Part shown: in pieces, positions 1 to 10,128 of the stretch
How the letters are laid out: each line of letters begins with the position of its first letter
Numbering within the stretch: position 1 is the stretch's first letter
Source: Nitrosopumilus sp.
GTDB lineage: Archaea; Thermoproteota; Nitrososphaeria; Nitrososphaerales; Nitrosopumilaceae
Assembly (NCBI GenBank): GCA_965197525.1
Contig: OZ240211.1
Span: 992,001-1,056,000, forward strand
Reading direction: 5' to 3'
DNA: 64,000 nucleotides
Made by a program: the position numbers and the translations under genes
Notes under the pieces: model-generated
Database searches by the model: none
What the model saw: only the letters and a program-made list of their open reading frames with translations
What the model was told of the DNA's origin: nothing

Positions 1-243
1 TTTGAGAAATTACAGTAGACGATTGCTTTATACTGCCAATATGAGCAGACTGCCAAACTAGAGTACATGGATAACTCCAACGAGAACCACAGATACAGCA
101 ACAATAACAAAAAAACCTACTGCTCCTACAAGGATTGACTATAAAGAAAAAAACATTGTGTATAGACGAATCATAATTTTTGATGGATTTAAGACTGAGT
201 CGTAAAGAGATTTATTGATTTTACAATAGGATTATAAACATTA

Positions 244-275
244 TTTCTTATGGTTCTGTCGGGTTAACGGGTGCT
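244..275 (+). repeat. Left TSD (TTTCTTAT, 244-251) and left TIR (GGTTCTGTCGGGTTAACGGGTGCT, 252-275)
   Basis: Exact reverse complement of 1508-1531; TSD identical to 1532-1539. Confidence 0.95.
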
Positions 276-280
276 GAGCA

Positions 281-290
281 ATAAATAATT
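281..290 (+). promoter_or_regulatory. Putative TATA box for tnpB
   Basis: ATAAATAATT lies about 20-30 nt upstream of the GTG at 311, just inside the left TIR. Confidence 0.45.
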
Positions 291-310
291 AACCTTGCAT
301 TCTATACTAC

Positions 311-1507
311 GTGTTGAAGGCACACAAGTCAATAGCACAAAAACATACTCCAAACTCCGACCTAATGGACATGATGGTTACATTCACAAAGATGGTCAAC
401 CACTGCATCAGGATCGGGTTAAGGGAAGATACCCACAACATGAAGCGGATGTCTATATTATGTTACCACGAACTCAGAAACTACGACATTTTATCTTCGT
501 ACAAACTCAATGCAATATCAAGAGCTGCCGGCATCCTGGCAAATAGAGATCAATCAGTCAAACGTGGCATCAAAGTTAGGTACCCAGTCGTAAAAAATCC
601 GTTTATCACAAACTGTTACGGCATAAAACATAATGGTGCTCTGTTGACAATCCCGTACAAGAACAGAAACCCTATCAACATCTTGCTGAACGAACACACT
701 CAAAAAATACTGTCCGATCCCGCCTTGACGGTATGCTCATTTTCATTGACTGCCTTCAACATCAGTCTTTGTATTTCGAAAGAAGTACGAGAGATAGAGT
801 GTACCAAGACAGTGGGAATAGACAGAAATCTTAGAAATGTAACCTGTGGAAATTACGAAGAGGTGACATTCTACAAAACCAACAAGTTGTTATCCATCAA
901 AGAGAACACAATACATGCTAGAACTGGTTTTCGCAGAAATGACCGAAGAAAGAAAGGTCAATTCTACAAAGAAAGGCAACGAAGAATGTCCAACAGAACG
1001 AAACAATACCTGCACAGAATCTCAAAAAGCATAGTGGATAACGCTGTCAAGAAGAAGACTGTCATCGTACTTGAGAATCTGAAAGGAATTAGAAAACTGT
1101 ACAAAAAAGGAAACGGTCAAGGTAACAAATACAGGCGTAGAATGAATGGATGGCAATTCTTTGAACTACAACGCCAAATAGAATACAAAGCCCAATGGGT
1201 CGGGCTCCCAATCAAATTTGTAGACCCAAAACGCACGAGCACGCAATGTCCAAGATGCGGAAAGAAACTCCAAGAGGACATGCAACACAGTCGTAAAATG
1301 TCGTGTAATAATTGCGGATTATACATGGATAGAGATATCATCGCTGCCATGAACATATCACGCAAACTGTCCCCTAGGTTTAGGGATAGTAGAGATGGCA
1401 TACATGAAGCGCAGTCTGGCATTTTTGAGCCAGCAATGATGGAATCCAGTACACCGGTAATCCAGATAGTCGATATGTCAAAGTCGGGTAGTCGGTGCGT
1501 TACTTGA
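311..1507 (+). CDS. tnpB: TnpB family RNA-guided endonuclease (398 aa)
   Basis: RuvC-I VGIDRN, RuvC-II VLENL, Zn ribbon CPRCG..CNNCG, RuvC-III DRDIIAAMNI; N-terminal LCYHELR helix typical of archaeal IS1341-like TnpB. Confidence 0.95.
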   Translation: MLKAHKSIAQKHTPNSDLMDMMVTFTKMVNHCIRIGLREDTHNMKRMSILCYHELRNYDILSSYKLNAISRAAGILANRDQSVKRGIKVRYPVVKNPFITNCYGIKHNGALLTIPYKNRNPINILLNEHTQKILSDPALTVCSFSLTAFNISLCISKEVREIECTKTVGIDRNLRNVTCGNYEEVTFYKTNKLLSIKENTIHARTGFRRNDRRKKGQFYKERQRRMSNRTKQYLHRISKSIVDNAVKKKTVIVLENLKGIRKLYKKGNGQGNKYRRRMNGWQFFELQRQIEYKAQWVGLPIKFVDPKRTSTQCPRCGKKLQEDMQHSRKMSCNNCGLYMDRDIIAAMNISRKLSPRFRDSRDGIHEAQSGIFEPAMMESSTPVIQIVDMSKSGSRCVT

Positions 1508-1531
1508 AGCACCCGTTAACCCGACAGAACC
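1367..1531 (+). ncRNA. Putative TnpB omega/reRNA scaffold overlapping the 3' end of tnpB and the right TIR
   Basis: Hairpin 1367-1389 with GGTT loop; hairpin CTGGC..GCCAG; terminal stem 1483-1525; 3' AACC complementary to the GGTT loop. Folded by eye. Confidence 0.6.
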
Positions 1532-1539
1532 TTTCTTAT
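1508..1539 (+). repeat. Right TIR (1508-1531) and right TSD (1532-1539)
   Basis: AGCACCCGTTAACCCGACAGAACC followed by TTTCTTAT; starts immediately after the tnpB stop codon. Confidence 0.95.
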
Positions 1540-1698
1540 ATACATCCAATATGTCTATCAGATATTACGTGGATAACCATTTGAAAATTCGTAACAGATA
1601 TTGTATAATTTGTACATTTTAACCGATATGTTTATCGTGTTGTCAACATACGGTACGATTTACACTTGTGCAGATTTACAAAATTTTAAAGACCTGTT

Positions 1699-1730
1699 TT
1701 CTTCTTCTTCTTCTTCTTCTTCTTCTTCTT
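1699..1730. repeat. (TTC)10 microsatellite
   Basis: Counted directly; intergenic. Confidence 0.95.
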
Positions 1731-1835
1731 GATCAATCTTGATATGTAATGGAATAACAAATACTGTAATCACATCCAGCTTCTAATCTCAACAATGTAA
1801 GATTAGCTAATAAAAATAAAAGAATGAAAAATCGA

Positions 1836-2597
1836 CTATTTCTTTGATTTGTTAACAAAGGCAGTCATACGTTCTTCTCTGTCAGGATGAGTAAAGCAGT
1901 TTCTCCAAGCAAGTAGTTCTATTGAAAGACCTGTATCAAGATCAGCGTTTCTTCCTTTGTTGATTGCAACCTTGGACATTTGAACACCCATTAGAGAGTT
2001 TTTAGCTATCGCTTGTGCCATCTTGAGGGTCTCTTCTTGCAATGATTCAAGAGGGACTACATGATTTACAAGACCAATCTCTTTGGCTTCTTGGGCTTTG
2101 ATTAGTTTACCAGTGTAAACGAGCTCTTTTGCCTTTGCAATGCCTACAATTCTCATCAATCTTTGTGTTCCACCCCATCCGGGAGGAATACCTATAGTAA
2201 CTTCTGGCTGGCCTAGTCGTGCGGTCTCAGATGCGATTCTAATATCACAAGACATTGCAAGTTCGCATCCTCCTCCTAGTGCAAAGCCATTAACTGCTGC
2301 AATAGTCGGCTGTTTGACCAATTCTACAGTCGCAGTAACTAGCTGACCAATCTTTGCATACTCTACTGACTCATCAGCAGATATCTTTGACATGTATTCA
2401 ATATCAGCACCTGCTGAAAATGCTTTTTGACCCTCACCAGTTAGGATAATAACTTTGACACTATCATCATGATTTAATGCTTCAAAAGTTTTGATTAGTT
2501 CTTTTGCAACATCAATATTCATGGCATTGAGTTTCTCTGGTCTGTTAATAGTAGCAGTGCATATCCCATCAGAAGTAGATGTTAAAACTAGCGACAT
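1836..2597 (-). CDS. Enoyl-CoA hydratase family; 3-hydroxypropionyl-CoA dehydratase/crotonyl-CoA hydratase of the 3HP/4HB cycle
   Basis: Crotonase motifs [19 protein letters not shown]; adjacent to the ADP-forming acyl-CoA synthetase as in Nitrosopumilus. Confidence 0.88.
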   Translation of the reverse strand: MSLVLTSTSDGICTATINRPEKLNAMNIDVAKELIKTFEALNHDDSVKVIILTGEGQKAFSAGADIEYMSKISADESVEYAKIGQLVTATVELVKQPTIAAVNGFALGGGCELAMSCDIRIASETARLGQPEVTIGIPPGWGGTQRLMRIVGIAKAKELVYTGKLIKAQEAKEIGLVNHVVPLESLQEETLKMAQAIAKNSLMGVQMSKVAINKGRNADLDTGLSIELLAWRNCFTHPDREERMTAFVNKSKK

Positions 2598-2636
2598 GAT
2601 AGACCTCCGAGTAATGAGAAACTTAAATGTTATCTA

Positions 2637-4754
2637 TTATTTTAGGTGTTTTCCCCATTGGTAGAGTGCAGAAGCTGCGGCACACCAATCTCTAAGATCA
2701 GAGTATACAGGAATTCCTCTCTCTTCGATGAGTTTTGAGACTTTTTCAGTATACGGACCACCATTGCCACCAACAAGAAGAGGTTTGGTTCTCTTCTTTG
2801 AGAATGCTGTCAGATAATCGACTATTATCTCATCGAGTGGATCGTCTTGAAATACAAACCAAGGCATAAGAATATCAACTCCTGGATCATCCATGTGAGA
2901 TTTGATTGTAAATTGGTAGTCCTCAGCAGTAGCACCACCAGTTACATCAGCAGGATTTCCACTGCCAATAACATATGTGGGTGGGAAATGTTTTAGCATC
3001 TTGTTCTTTGTTTTTTCAGAGACAGTAGCAAGTGAGAGATTTAGTCTATCAAATTGATCAATGGCTCCAATCATGGGTCCTGCACCGTTACTGCACAGGG
3101 CAGCCCTATTTCCTTTGGCAGCTGGCTGCCATGCAAGAGCCTTTGTTACTGCAACTAGTTCTTGATAACTGTCAACTGAGATGAGTCCTGCTTGTTTAAA
3201 TGCCCCCATAATAATTGCGTTAGAACCGCCAAGGGAACCAGTATGGGATGCGGCTTGTTTTGCACCTAGTTCAGTTCGCCCGCTCTTCCAAATTACAATA
3301 GGCTTCTTCTTCTCTTTCATAACTTTTTTAGCGGTGTTGATGAATTTTCTTCCATCTCCAAAACCCTCTACATACAATGCAATTACTTTGCTTTGAGGAT
3401 CATTTGCAAGATACCATATCATATCAGCCTCATCAACATCAGAACGATTGCCATAACTTACCATCTTTGACAATCCAAAAGAGTCAGCACTCTCCAAGAA
3501 ACTAATGCCCATAGTTCCGCTCTGTGACAAGAGGGCTACATTACCCAACTTTGCTCTAACCATCCTTTCTTGACCTTGGAATGCACAATCCAATCGATTT
3601 GCGGCATTAAACATTCCAATACAGTTAGGGCCAATAATTCTAATCTTGTGTTTTTCAGACAATTTTTTTACTTCAGCCTCGTATCCTGCTCGTTGACCTC
3701 CTAACTCTTTACCCCCGCCAGAGACTATCACAACACTATGAACTCCCTTCTTTGCACAATCCTCCAAGACAGGAGCTGTAATTGAGAGATCAACTGATAC
3801 TATAACAAGATCAACACGCCCAGGAATTGATGCAACGGAGGGATAACACTTTTGCCCAAATATTTTAGAGGCTTTTGGATTAATTGGATACACCTTACCC
3901 TTGAAATCATAATTTACAAGACTGTCCAATATAGAATTGCCAATCTTTCCCAGAGTTGATGACGCACCAACTAGGGCAACAGACTTTGGAGTAAAGAAAC
4001 TCTCCATAGATTCTTTGTTTGGTTTTGCTTTAGAGATCGAGTTTTTCCTTACTTTGTCATTTAAGATAATTTTGGCATCAACAATAAAATGAGATTTTGG
4101 ATATACTACAACCGGATTAAAGTCGATACTATTGATATAATCGGCATTATCTACACCTAGTTGTCCTATCTGCTTTAACATGGTGGCAACCATGTTAAGA
4201 TTAATGGGTTCGCTGCCTCTGAAACCTTTGAGAAGTTTTGAGCCCTTGAGCTCGTTTATCATGGATTTAGCATCAGCAGTTGTTATGGGAAGCATTCTAA
4301 AGGCAACGTCTTTCATTACTTCAGTCATTATTCCCCCTAGCCCCACCATTATGATAGGACCAAATTGAGGATCGTTTTGAATGCCTACAATTAGTTCAAC
4401 GCCTTTTGGAACCATCTTTTCAAGAAGAATTCCTTTGACATCAACGCCCCTCTTCTTAGATAGTCTGCCATGCATGTCCTCAAATGTTCTTTTTACATCA
4501 GCCACATTTTCTAGTCCAACCTTTACACCACCAACATCAGTTTTATGTAGAATTTGTGGGGATACTACCTTCATTACAAGAGGAAACCCAATTTTTTTGG
4601 CCTCTCTGGCTGCTTCTTTGGCAGAAGTTACTAGTGCAAATGGAGGAACTTGGAGACCATAATTTTTGAGAATAGATTTTGACAGCTCTTCAGTGATGAC
4701 CTTGTGGTCAGTTTGAATAGTATCTTCAAAAATTTTATTCCCAGATGAAATCAT
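2637..4754 (-). CDS. 3-hydroxypropionate--CoA ligase (ADP-forming)
   Basis: N-terminal ATP-grasp ([16 protein letters not shown]), CoA-binding domain ([15 protein letters not shown]) and phospho-His motif ASHTGS; recognisably the thaumarchaeal enzyme. Confidence 0.88.
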   Translation of the reverse strand: MISSGNKIFEDTIQTDHKVITEELSKSILKNYGLQVPPFALVTSAKEAAREAKKIGFPLVMKVVSPQILHKTDVGGVKVGLENVADVKRTFEDMHGRLSKKRGVDVKGILLEKMVPKGVELIVGIQNDPQFGPIIMVGLGGIMTEVMKDVAFRMLPITTADAKSMINELKGSKLLKGFRGSEPINLNMVATMLKQIGQLGVDNADYINSIDFNPVVVYPKSHFIVDAKIILNDKVRKNSISKAKPNKESMESFFTPKSVALVGASSTLGKIGNSILDSLVNYDFKGKVYPINPKASKIFGQKCYPSVASIPGRVDLVIVSVDLSITAPVLEDCAKKGVHSVVIVSGGGKELGGQRAGYEAEVKKLSEKHKIRIIGPNCIGMFNAANRLDCAFQGQERMVRAKLGNVALLSQSGTMGISFLESADSFGLSKMVSYGNRSDVDEADMIWYLANDPQSKVIALYVEGFGDGRKFINTAKKVMKEKKKPIVIWKSGRTELGAKQAASHTGSLGGSNAIIMGAFKQAGLISVDSYQELVAVTKALAWQPAAKGNRAALCSNGAGPMIGAIDQFDRLNLSLATVSEKTKNKMLKHFPPTYVIGSGNPADVTGGATAEDYQFTIKSHMDDPGVDILMPWFVFQDDPLDEIIVDYLTAFSKKRTKPLLVGGNGGPYTEKVSKLIEERGIPVYSDLRDWCAAASALYQWGKHLK

Positions 4755-4925
4755 TCAATCGGTGAAATTAAAACTAAGTATATTAAACTTCTTAATTGAA
4801 TTTTTTAGACGTTTTAAACATAGTCAAGGGCTAGCAAAGCAGTAGCTTGTATTATAAAGAAGATTGCGTCCATTTTAGAAACGGTTTATCATATCAACTA
4901 TTTTGATTAGTTTTGACAGATGATG

Positions 4926-4948
4926 ATTATTATTATTATTATTATTAT
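4926..4948. repeat. (ATT)7 microsatellite
   Basis: Counted directly; inside an AT-rich ORF-free gap. Confidence 0.9.
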
Positions 4949-5951
4949 CTAAACCCATTATCATATAGTCAAAAACCAGATACGTCATAACCTAATAACA
5001 GCATAACAAAAACAAAAAACCAAGCACTTATTTGAAAAAATGATAGTATTAATTACACATACTATAATGGCATGAAAAATATAAAAAATTTTGAAATGAT
5101 TATTTCAAACTCTTTCGCAATACATCGTTTAACACAGCTGAAAAGCTGTACGATCTGCTTTGCTTTTTTATGATATCTGCTTGTTTAGACCTAAGCTTAC
5201 GGTCATTATCATCGTCTATCATGATGGTTACTCGTTTTGGCATATTAGTATATTAATACGATATTATATAAATTAAATTACTATTACAGTAAATATAGGA
5301 AATTAAATGTATTATTGCATCTTATCTAATATAATGAACACAAGTACATACAAAAGGAATTTAAAATAAAAATAGATATCGTAGCAAGAATAAAATGTAC
5401 AGTAGAGAGAATAACTGGAATATGTACAAGTGTAAGATAATCTTTCCTAAAAGTAGGAGAGACAGAAGAGAATAACGTGCAAGAATAAGCAAAAAATGCA
5501 GAATTTGCATATAATTAATCTTTAAAATAAAAATTAAATCAAGATTGTAAACAAAGTAACGACGATAAAAACAATCATATAAAAATATGTAGATCAGTAA
5601 TCTTAGTCTAGGTTTAGATGTATTGTGCCCACATAATAAATACAACTTGTATTACATATTCATATTGGAATAAGAATAGATGTACAGATCATATAACATC
5701 TAAGCTGATTTGATACAATCACAGTTTTTGGATATATGCCATCTATTCGTATCCATATTCAGTTGTGCCATTAATAGATGAAAGTGACAAATCATAACAA
5801 ATTCAAAGACGGATTATGCCACGCATTCATATAAAGGGCAAGATAGTAATTTGAGCATTAATTCATGGGATATGAGTATCAGGAGCAGTAAGATTAGAAC
5901 GATAACAAGTAACTTGCCAGAGAACGACTGCTAGCCTGGATAATATTTGAT

Positions 5952-7232
5952 CTAAGGCCAGATACCACGCAGCTCAAATGCTTCAACTACGCGTTTTACT
6001 GCAATAGCCATACAGGCTCTTCTCATATCAATTTTCTTGGTTTGAGCCATCTTAAAGGAGTCGTTGAATCCCTGAACGATATGAGCCTCCATAAGGTTTG
6101 CCACATGATCAAATTCCCAATACTGACCAGTGTTATTCTGAACCCATTCATAGTATGAGATTACCACGCCGCCTGCGTTTGCTAGAATATCTGGAATTAC
6201 AACAACATTGTTCTTAAACAATATTGGATCTGCCTTTGGTAGTGTAGGACCATTTGCAGCCTCACCAATAATCTTACACTGAATATTTTTTGCAATGTCT
6301 GTATCTATTTGATTCTCCAAAGCAGCAGGAATCAGAATATCACATTCGGTAGTTAGTAGCTCTTCTGTAGTTTTTTTCTTACTGCCGGGGAATCGTGCAA
6401 CAGATCCAGTTTTACGCTTCCATCTTTCAAGATCTCTCATCTTCATTCCTTTAGGATTAACGATACTGCCTTTTGAATCAGAGGCACCGATTACAACACA
6501 TCCCATCTTTTCTAAATACTTGCCAGCAAACGTTGCTGCATTTCCAAACCCTTGAAGAACAACTGTAGCGCCAGATAATGACAAATCGATTTGTTTGGCC
6601 GCTTCTCTAACACAATAAGCAGTTCCTAAACCAGTTGCAACGTTTCTTGCAAGTGAACCGCCCATTGGAATTGGTTTACCTGTAATCACGGCAGGTTGAT
6701 GAGTTACGCCATTGAGTTTTCCAAAAGTATCCATGATTTGTGTCATCTCAACGCCGGTTGTGTAGACGTCAGGTGCAGGAATATCCTTTTGTGGTCCTAT
6801 AATTTCAGAAATCATAAAAGCAAATCTTCGTGTCAAGCGAGCTAGTTCATCTTTACTAAGTTTCTCTGTTTTTGGATTGACATAGATAGCACCTTTTCCA
6901 CCGCCTAGGGGAACGCCTGCTATTGCAGTCTTCCAAGTCATCCACGCAGAGAGTGCCATAACCTCACGTTCCATGTACTCCACACCGCCTTCAGGATCAA
7001 AGTATCTAATCCCTCCCTTGTACGGTCCACGATCATTGTTGTGCTGACTTCTAAATCCAGTAAATACACGAATCTTACCATTATCAAGTTTTACGGGAAT
7101 TTTGACCCTCAGCATCTTATTTGGCATTTCAAGATACTTGCGCAGTCCTTCATCTCTAATTCCCAAGACATCACATGCATCATGGAGTTGTTTTGTAGCG
7201 TTTGCAAACGGATCTAGGCTAATCGTTGCCAT
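5952..7232 (-). CDS. gdhA: Glutamate dehydrogenase (Glu/Leu/Phe/Val family)
   Basis: GPYKGGIRY, GGGKG, DIPAPDV, QGFGNA and ANAGGV motifs. Confidence 0.95.
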   Translation of the reverse strand: MATISLDPFANATKQLHDACDVLGIRDEGLRKYLEMPNKMLRVKIPVKLDNGKIRVFTGFRSQHNNDRGPYKGGIRYFDPEGGVEYMEREVMALSAWMTWKTAIAGVPLGGGKGAIYVNPKTEKLSKDELARLTRRFAFMISEIIGPQKDIPAPDVYTTGVEMTQIMDTFGKLNGVTHQPAVITGKPIPMGGSLARNVATGLGTAYCVREAAKQIDLSLSGATVVLQGFGNAATFAGKYLEKMGCVVIGASDSKGSIVNPKGMKMRDLERWKRKTGSVARFPGSKKKTTEELLTTECDILIPAALENQIDTDIAKNIQCKIIGEAANGPTLPKADPILFKNNVVVIPDILANAGGVVISYYEWVQNNTGQYWEFDHVANLMEAHIVQGFNDSFKMAQTKKIDMRRACMAIAVKRVVEAFELRGIWP

Positions 7233-7904
7233 ATCAATTATATTCAGTTAAATATTGTTTATTTAAGTATGTTTCTTCTCATCCAACCTTCACAAATATC
7301 TCAAAAACATCCCAAATCTTGGCTTGAACATTACTAGAATCACGTCTCTAATACCACTACAGGCAAATACAAGATTATAATATGATAATCATATAGAATA
7401 TGAGACTAGTTGCCAGTCTTACTGTTTTTTTTTTTTGCTAATCAATCTTGCCATTTTAGATAAAATCAGCTTTGAGATGTTTTACGTATTCACAAACATA
7501 TCTTGTAGACAGGACAAGAGTACTGTCAAGTTAACATGGTGTTGTAAATTAAGAACAATAAAACCAAAAGATAAACTTGCAATTCCAAATATGATTTGCC
7601 AGTATGTAATATGCCAACATGACTAGATCATAGATAAAATGACTGCAAAATAATTTTGCAGGAAGGATTTTTCATAGTCAACATTAATACCGTAAATAAA
7701 TCATCATCATTGAATTTGTATTATAGTCACAAGAATCAATGAAAATACATACAAACACTAAGCGTTCAATGAATTTGATAAATTATGCAAAATATAAAAT
7801 GATTTTGTAATACCATACAAAAAAAATATCAGTTAGAGTATTGTATCAGATACTATCATGTATCAACGATGAGCTAAAAGCGTTGTAAAGATTGAATGCT
7901 TTAA

Positions 7905-8123
7905 TCAAAGTTTACCGTCAACAAAATCTTGTTTCAGCTCTTCAAGAAATTCAGCTGTTTCATCACGTGTATCTGACAAGTCAACACCGCTGTCACTATC
8001 ATTACTATCAATGCTGTCTTGAACGATCTGGCGCAATGCGCCGTTCTTGTGTGTCACAGTGTAGATATGAGTGACCCAGTCAGATTCTGCCACCTCAAGA
8101 TTACATACATTGCATTGTATCAT
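7905..8123 (-). CDS. Small protein with C2H2 (U1/matrin-like) zinc finger and acidic C-terminus
   Basis: From ATG at 8123: MIQCNVCNLEVAESDWVTHIYTVTHK (C-x2-C-x11-H-x5-H). Confidence 0.55.
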   Translation of the reverse strand: MIQCNVCNLEVAESDWVTHIYTVTHKNGALRQIVQDSIDSNDSDSGVDLSDTRDETAEFLEELKQDFVDGKL

Positions 8124-8166
8124 TTTAGAGTTATTTACAAAGATCATTAAAATAGTTTGGGCAGTG

Positions 8167-8556
8167 TTATTTTATATAGACTTTTTTGTAATTCATTTTT
8201 CGATCAAGGACATCAATTGCATCCACAAGTGCGTTGATATTCATTTCAAGGAAGTTTGAGAGATGGAATATTGCACCGTATCTATCACCAATCTTTGAGA
8301 CAATGTTGTTTCTTTCAAGAACTTTCATGTGATGTTGGACTGCTTTGTAATCAAGATCAAGTTTCTTGGATAATTGGTGGGTATTGTATGGTTGCTCCAA
8401 TAATTCTACAACTATTCGCAGACGGGTAAATCCACCTCTAGTACTTGTAAACAGGTAGAGTAACAGTTGTTTTGTATGCTTGTCAGGCGTCCTTGGTGTA
8501 GTAGATGATTGTTTTGACCTAAGGATCTCTTTGAATTCTAGTAACTGACTAGTCAT
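8167..8556 (-). CDS. ArsR-like winged-helix transcriptional regulator
   Basis: STRGGFTRLRIVVELLEQPYNTHQLSKKLDLDYKAVQHHMKVLE wHTH pattern. Confidence 0.85.
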   Translation of the reverse strand: MTSQLLEFKEILRSKQSSTTPRTPDKHTKQLLLYLFTSTRGGFTRLRIVVELLEQPYNTHQLSKKLDLDYKAVQHHMKVLERNNIVSKIGDRYGAIFHLSNFLEMNINALVDAIDVLDRKMNYKKVYIK

Positions 8557-8661
8557 TATATTAGCAATGGATTATAACCCTTAAAACTTTATTGCCATAT
8601 CTGCACCATATTGAAACAAGATAATTACCCTTAAATTGACTGAGATTAGACTTGTAATATT

Positions 8662-9387
8662 ATGATGGCATCACGTGGTTATGATATGACACCTACCATG
8701 TATTCTCCAGATGGTAGGATATACCAAGTCGAGTATGCTATAGAGACAGTAAAAAGAGGAACTTTAGCTATAGGAATCAAAAGTAAGCAGGGAATCATCA
8801 TGGCAGTAGAAGAGAAACCAAGAACGTTGCAGACTAGGGACGTTACACAGAAGATCTTTCAAGTTGACTATCATATTGGAGTTGCAGCAGCAGGATACAT
8901 TCCTGATGCACGCGTCCAAGTAGACAATGCCAGACTCTTTGCACAAGGAAATAGATTGACATATGATGAGTCAGTAGAGGTAGCAACAGTTGCCAAGCAT
9001 TTAGCAGACCAGGCTCATCAGTTTACACAATATGGAGGTGTACGCCCAAATGGGGTATCCATGATAATTGCAGGAATCGATCAAAAAGGAGAGTCAATTT
9101 ACATAACTGATCCTAGTGGAACGTATGTTCAATTTGCAGCCATTGCAATAGGAGCTGGTTCTGATGACGTAAACGCATTTCTCGAAGAACACTACAAAGA
9201 AGACATGAGTATAGATGATGCAGCATCGTTAGCTATAGCGGCAATTAATCTGAAAGTAGATACCAAGGATGAAGTAAATCACATAAAAATGGCAAAGATT
9301 ACAGCACAAGATAAAATATTTGAGAAGATTCCAGAGTCTGATTTGGAGAATTATTCCAAAAATGTTTCAAAATTTGCTGCATCATAG
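8662..9387 (+). CDS. psmA: Proteasome subunit alpha
   Basis: GYDMTPTMYSPDGRIYQVEYA N-terminal signature. Confidence 0.97.
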   Translation: MMASRGYDMTPTMYSPDGRIYQVEYAIETVKRGTLAIGIKSKQGIIMAVEEKPRTLQTRDVTQKIFQVDYHIGVAAAGYIPDARVQVDNARLFAQGNRLTYDESVEVATVAKHLADQAHQFTQYGGVRPNGVSMIIAGIDQKGESIYITDPSGTYVQFAAIAIGAGSDDVNAFLEEHYKEDMSIDDAASLAIAAINLKVDTKDEVNHIKMAKITAQDKIFEKIPESDLENYSKNVSKFAAS

Positions 9388-9432
9388 AAATTTAAATTTG
9401 AGAATCATTATTTTTGTAGGTATACAGATACT

Positions 9433-10128
9433 ATGACTGAGGGTTTGGGAAATTATTGGGGAGAGGTAATAAAGGTACTAGAAGAGATAATCCCAGTATA
9501 CGATAAAGTCAATTCAATTATATCGTTAGGTAAAGATAAAAAACACCGGGATCGTGGAATTTCACAAAGGGTAGTTCCAGGTAACAAGATTCTTGATGCA
9601 GGTTCGGGTTTTGGGAATATGTCAAAGACTGCAATGAGATTAACTGATGGTAAAATTTCAGTTACACTCTATGATCCACTAGTACCCATGCTAAAAAATA
9701 CCAGCACGTATTTTGACAAGGCCCCAGATATGGCAAACGGGGTTTTTGAACACATTCCATTTAGGGAAGGGGAATTTGATGCAGTGTTGTGTGGATACTC
9801 TTTGAGGGATGCAATAGATCTGAAAAGTGCAATATCCGAAATTCACAGAGTGTTAAAAAAAGGGGGAAGGTTTGTGATTGTGGATTTAGGCAAACCGGAT
9901 GAGGTGTTTTTTAGAGCAGGTGTATCATTTTATTTGAGATGTATATTACCTATACTGGCATTTGCTGCAGGGGGTAGATTGGGTTTGAAGTTTGGAACAT
10001 TGTATGGCACGTACAAAAGATGGCCTCAAAACAAGAGATTGGAGAAGATGATACTGGAAAAATTTTCAAGAATAGAGTTTGAAAAAGACCTCATGGGTGG
10101 TGCAATAATGGTTGCAGCATACAAATGA
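9433..10128 (+). CDS. Class I SAM-dependent methyltransferase (UbiE/MenG-like)
   Basis: ILDAGSGFG, FDAVLCGYSLRD and EIHRVLKKGG motifs. Confidence 0.85.
   Translation: MTEGLGNYWGEVIKVLEEIIPVYDKVNSIISLGKDKKHRDRGISQRVVPGNKILDAGSGFGNMSKTAMRLTDGKISVTLYDPLVPMLKNTSTYFDKAPDMANGVFEHIPFREGEFDAVLCGYSLRDAIDLKSAISEIHRVLKKGGRFVIVDLGKPDEVFFRAGVSFYLRCILPILAFAAGGRLGLKFGTLYGTYKRWPQNKRLEKMILEKFSRIEFEKDLMGGAIMVAAYK

Larger units (their letters stand above)
252..1531 (+). mobile_element. Non-autonomous TIR-bounded element carrying only tnpB (IS6-type ends, 8-bp TSD), 1280 bp
   Basis: Perfect 24-bp inverted repeats at 252-275 and 1508-1531, flanked by direct repeat TTTCTTAT at 244-251 and 1532-1539. Single ORF inside, no transposase. 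Confidence 0.93.

Noticed and set aside
28-174. Minus-strand hydrophobic frame (MIRLYTMFFSL*SILVGAVGFFVIVAVSVVLVGVIHVL*...) as a membrane-protein pseudogene
   Set aside because: Short, interrupted by two stops and with no recognisable family; could be chance in T-rich DNA.
5361-5645. 94-aa L/I/F/Y-rich ORF in the 1.2-kb gap
   Set aside because: Composition typical of a chance ORF in very AT-rich DNA; no motif.
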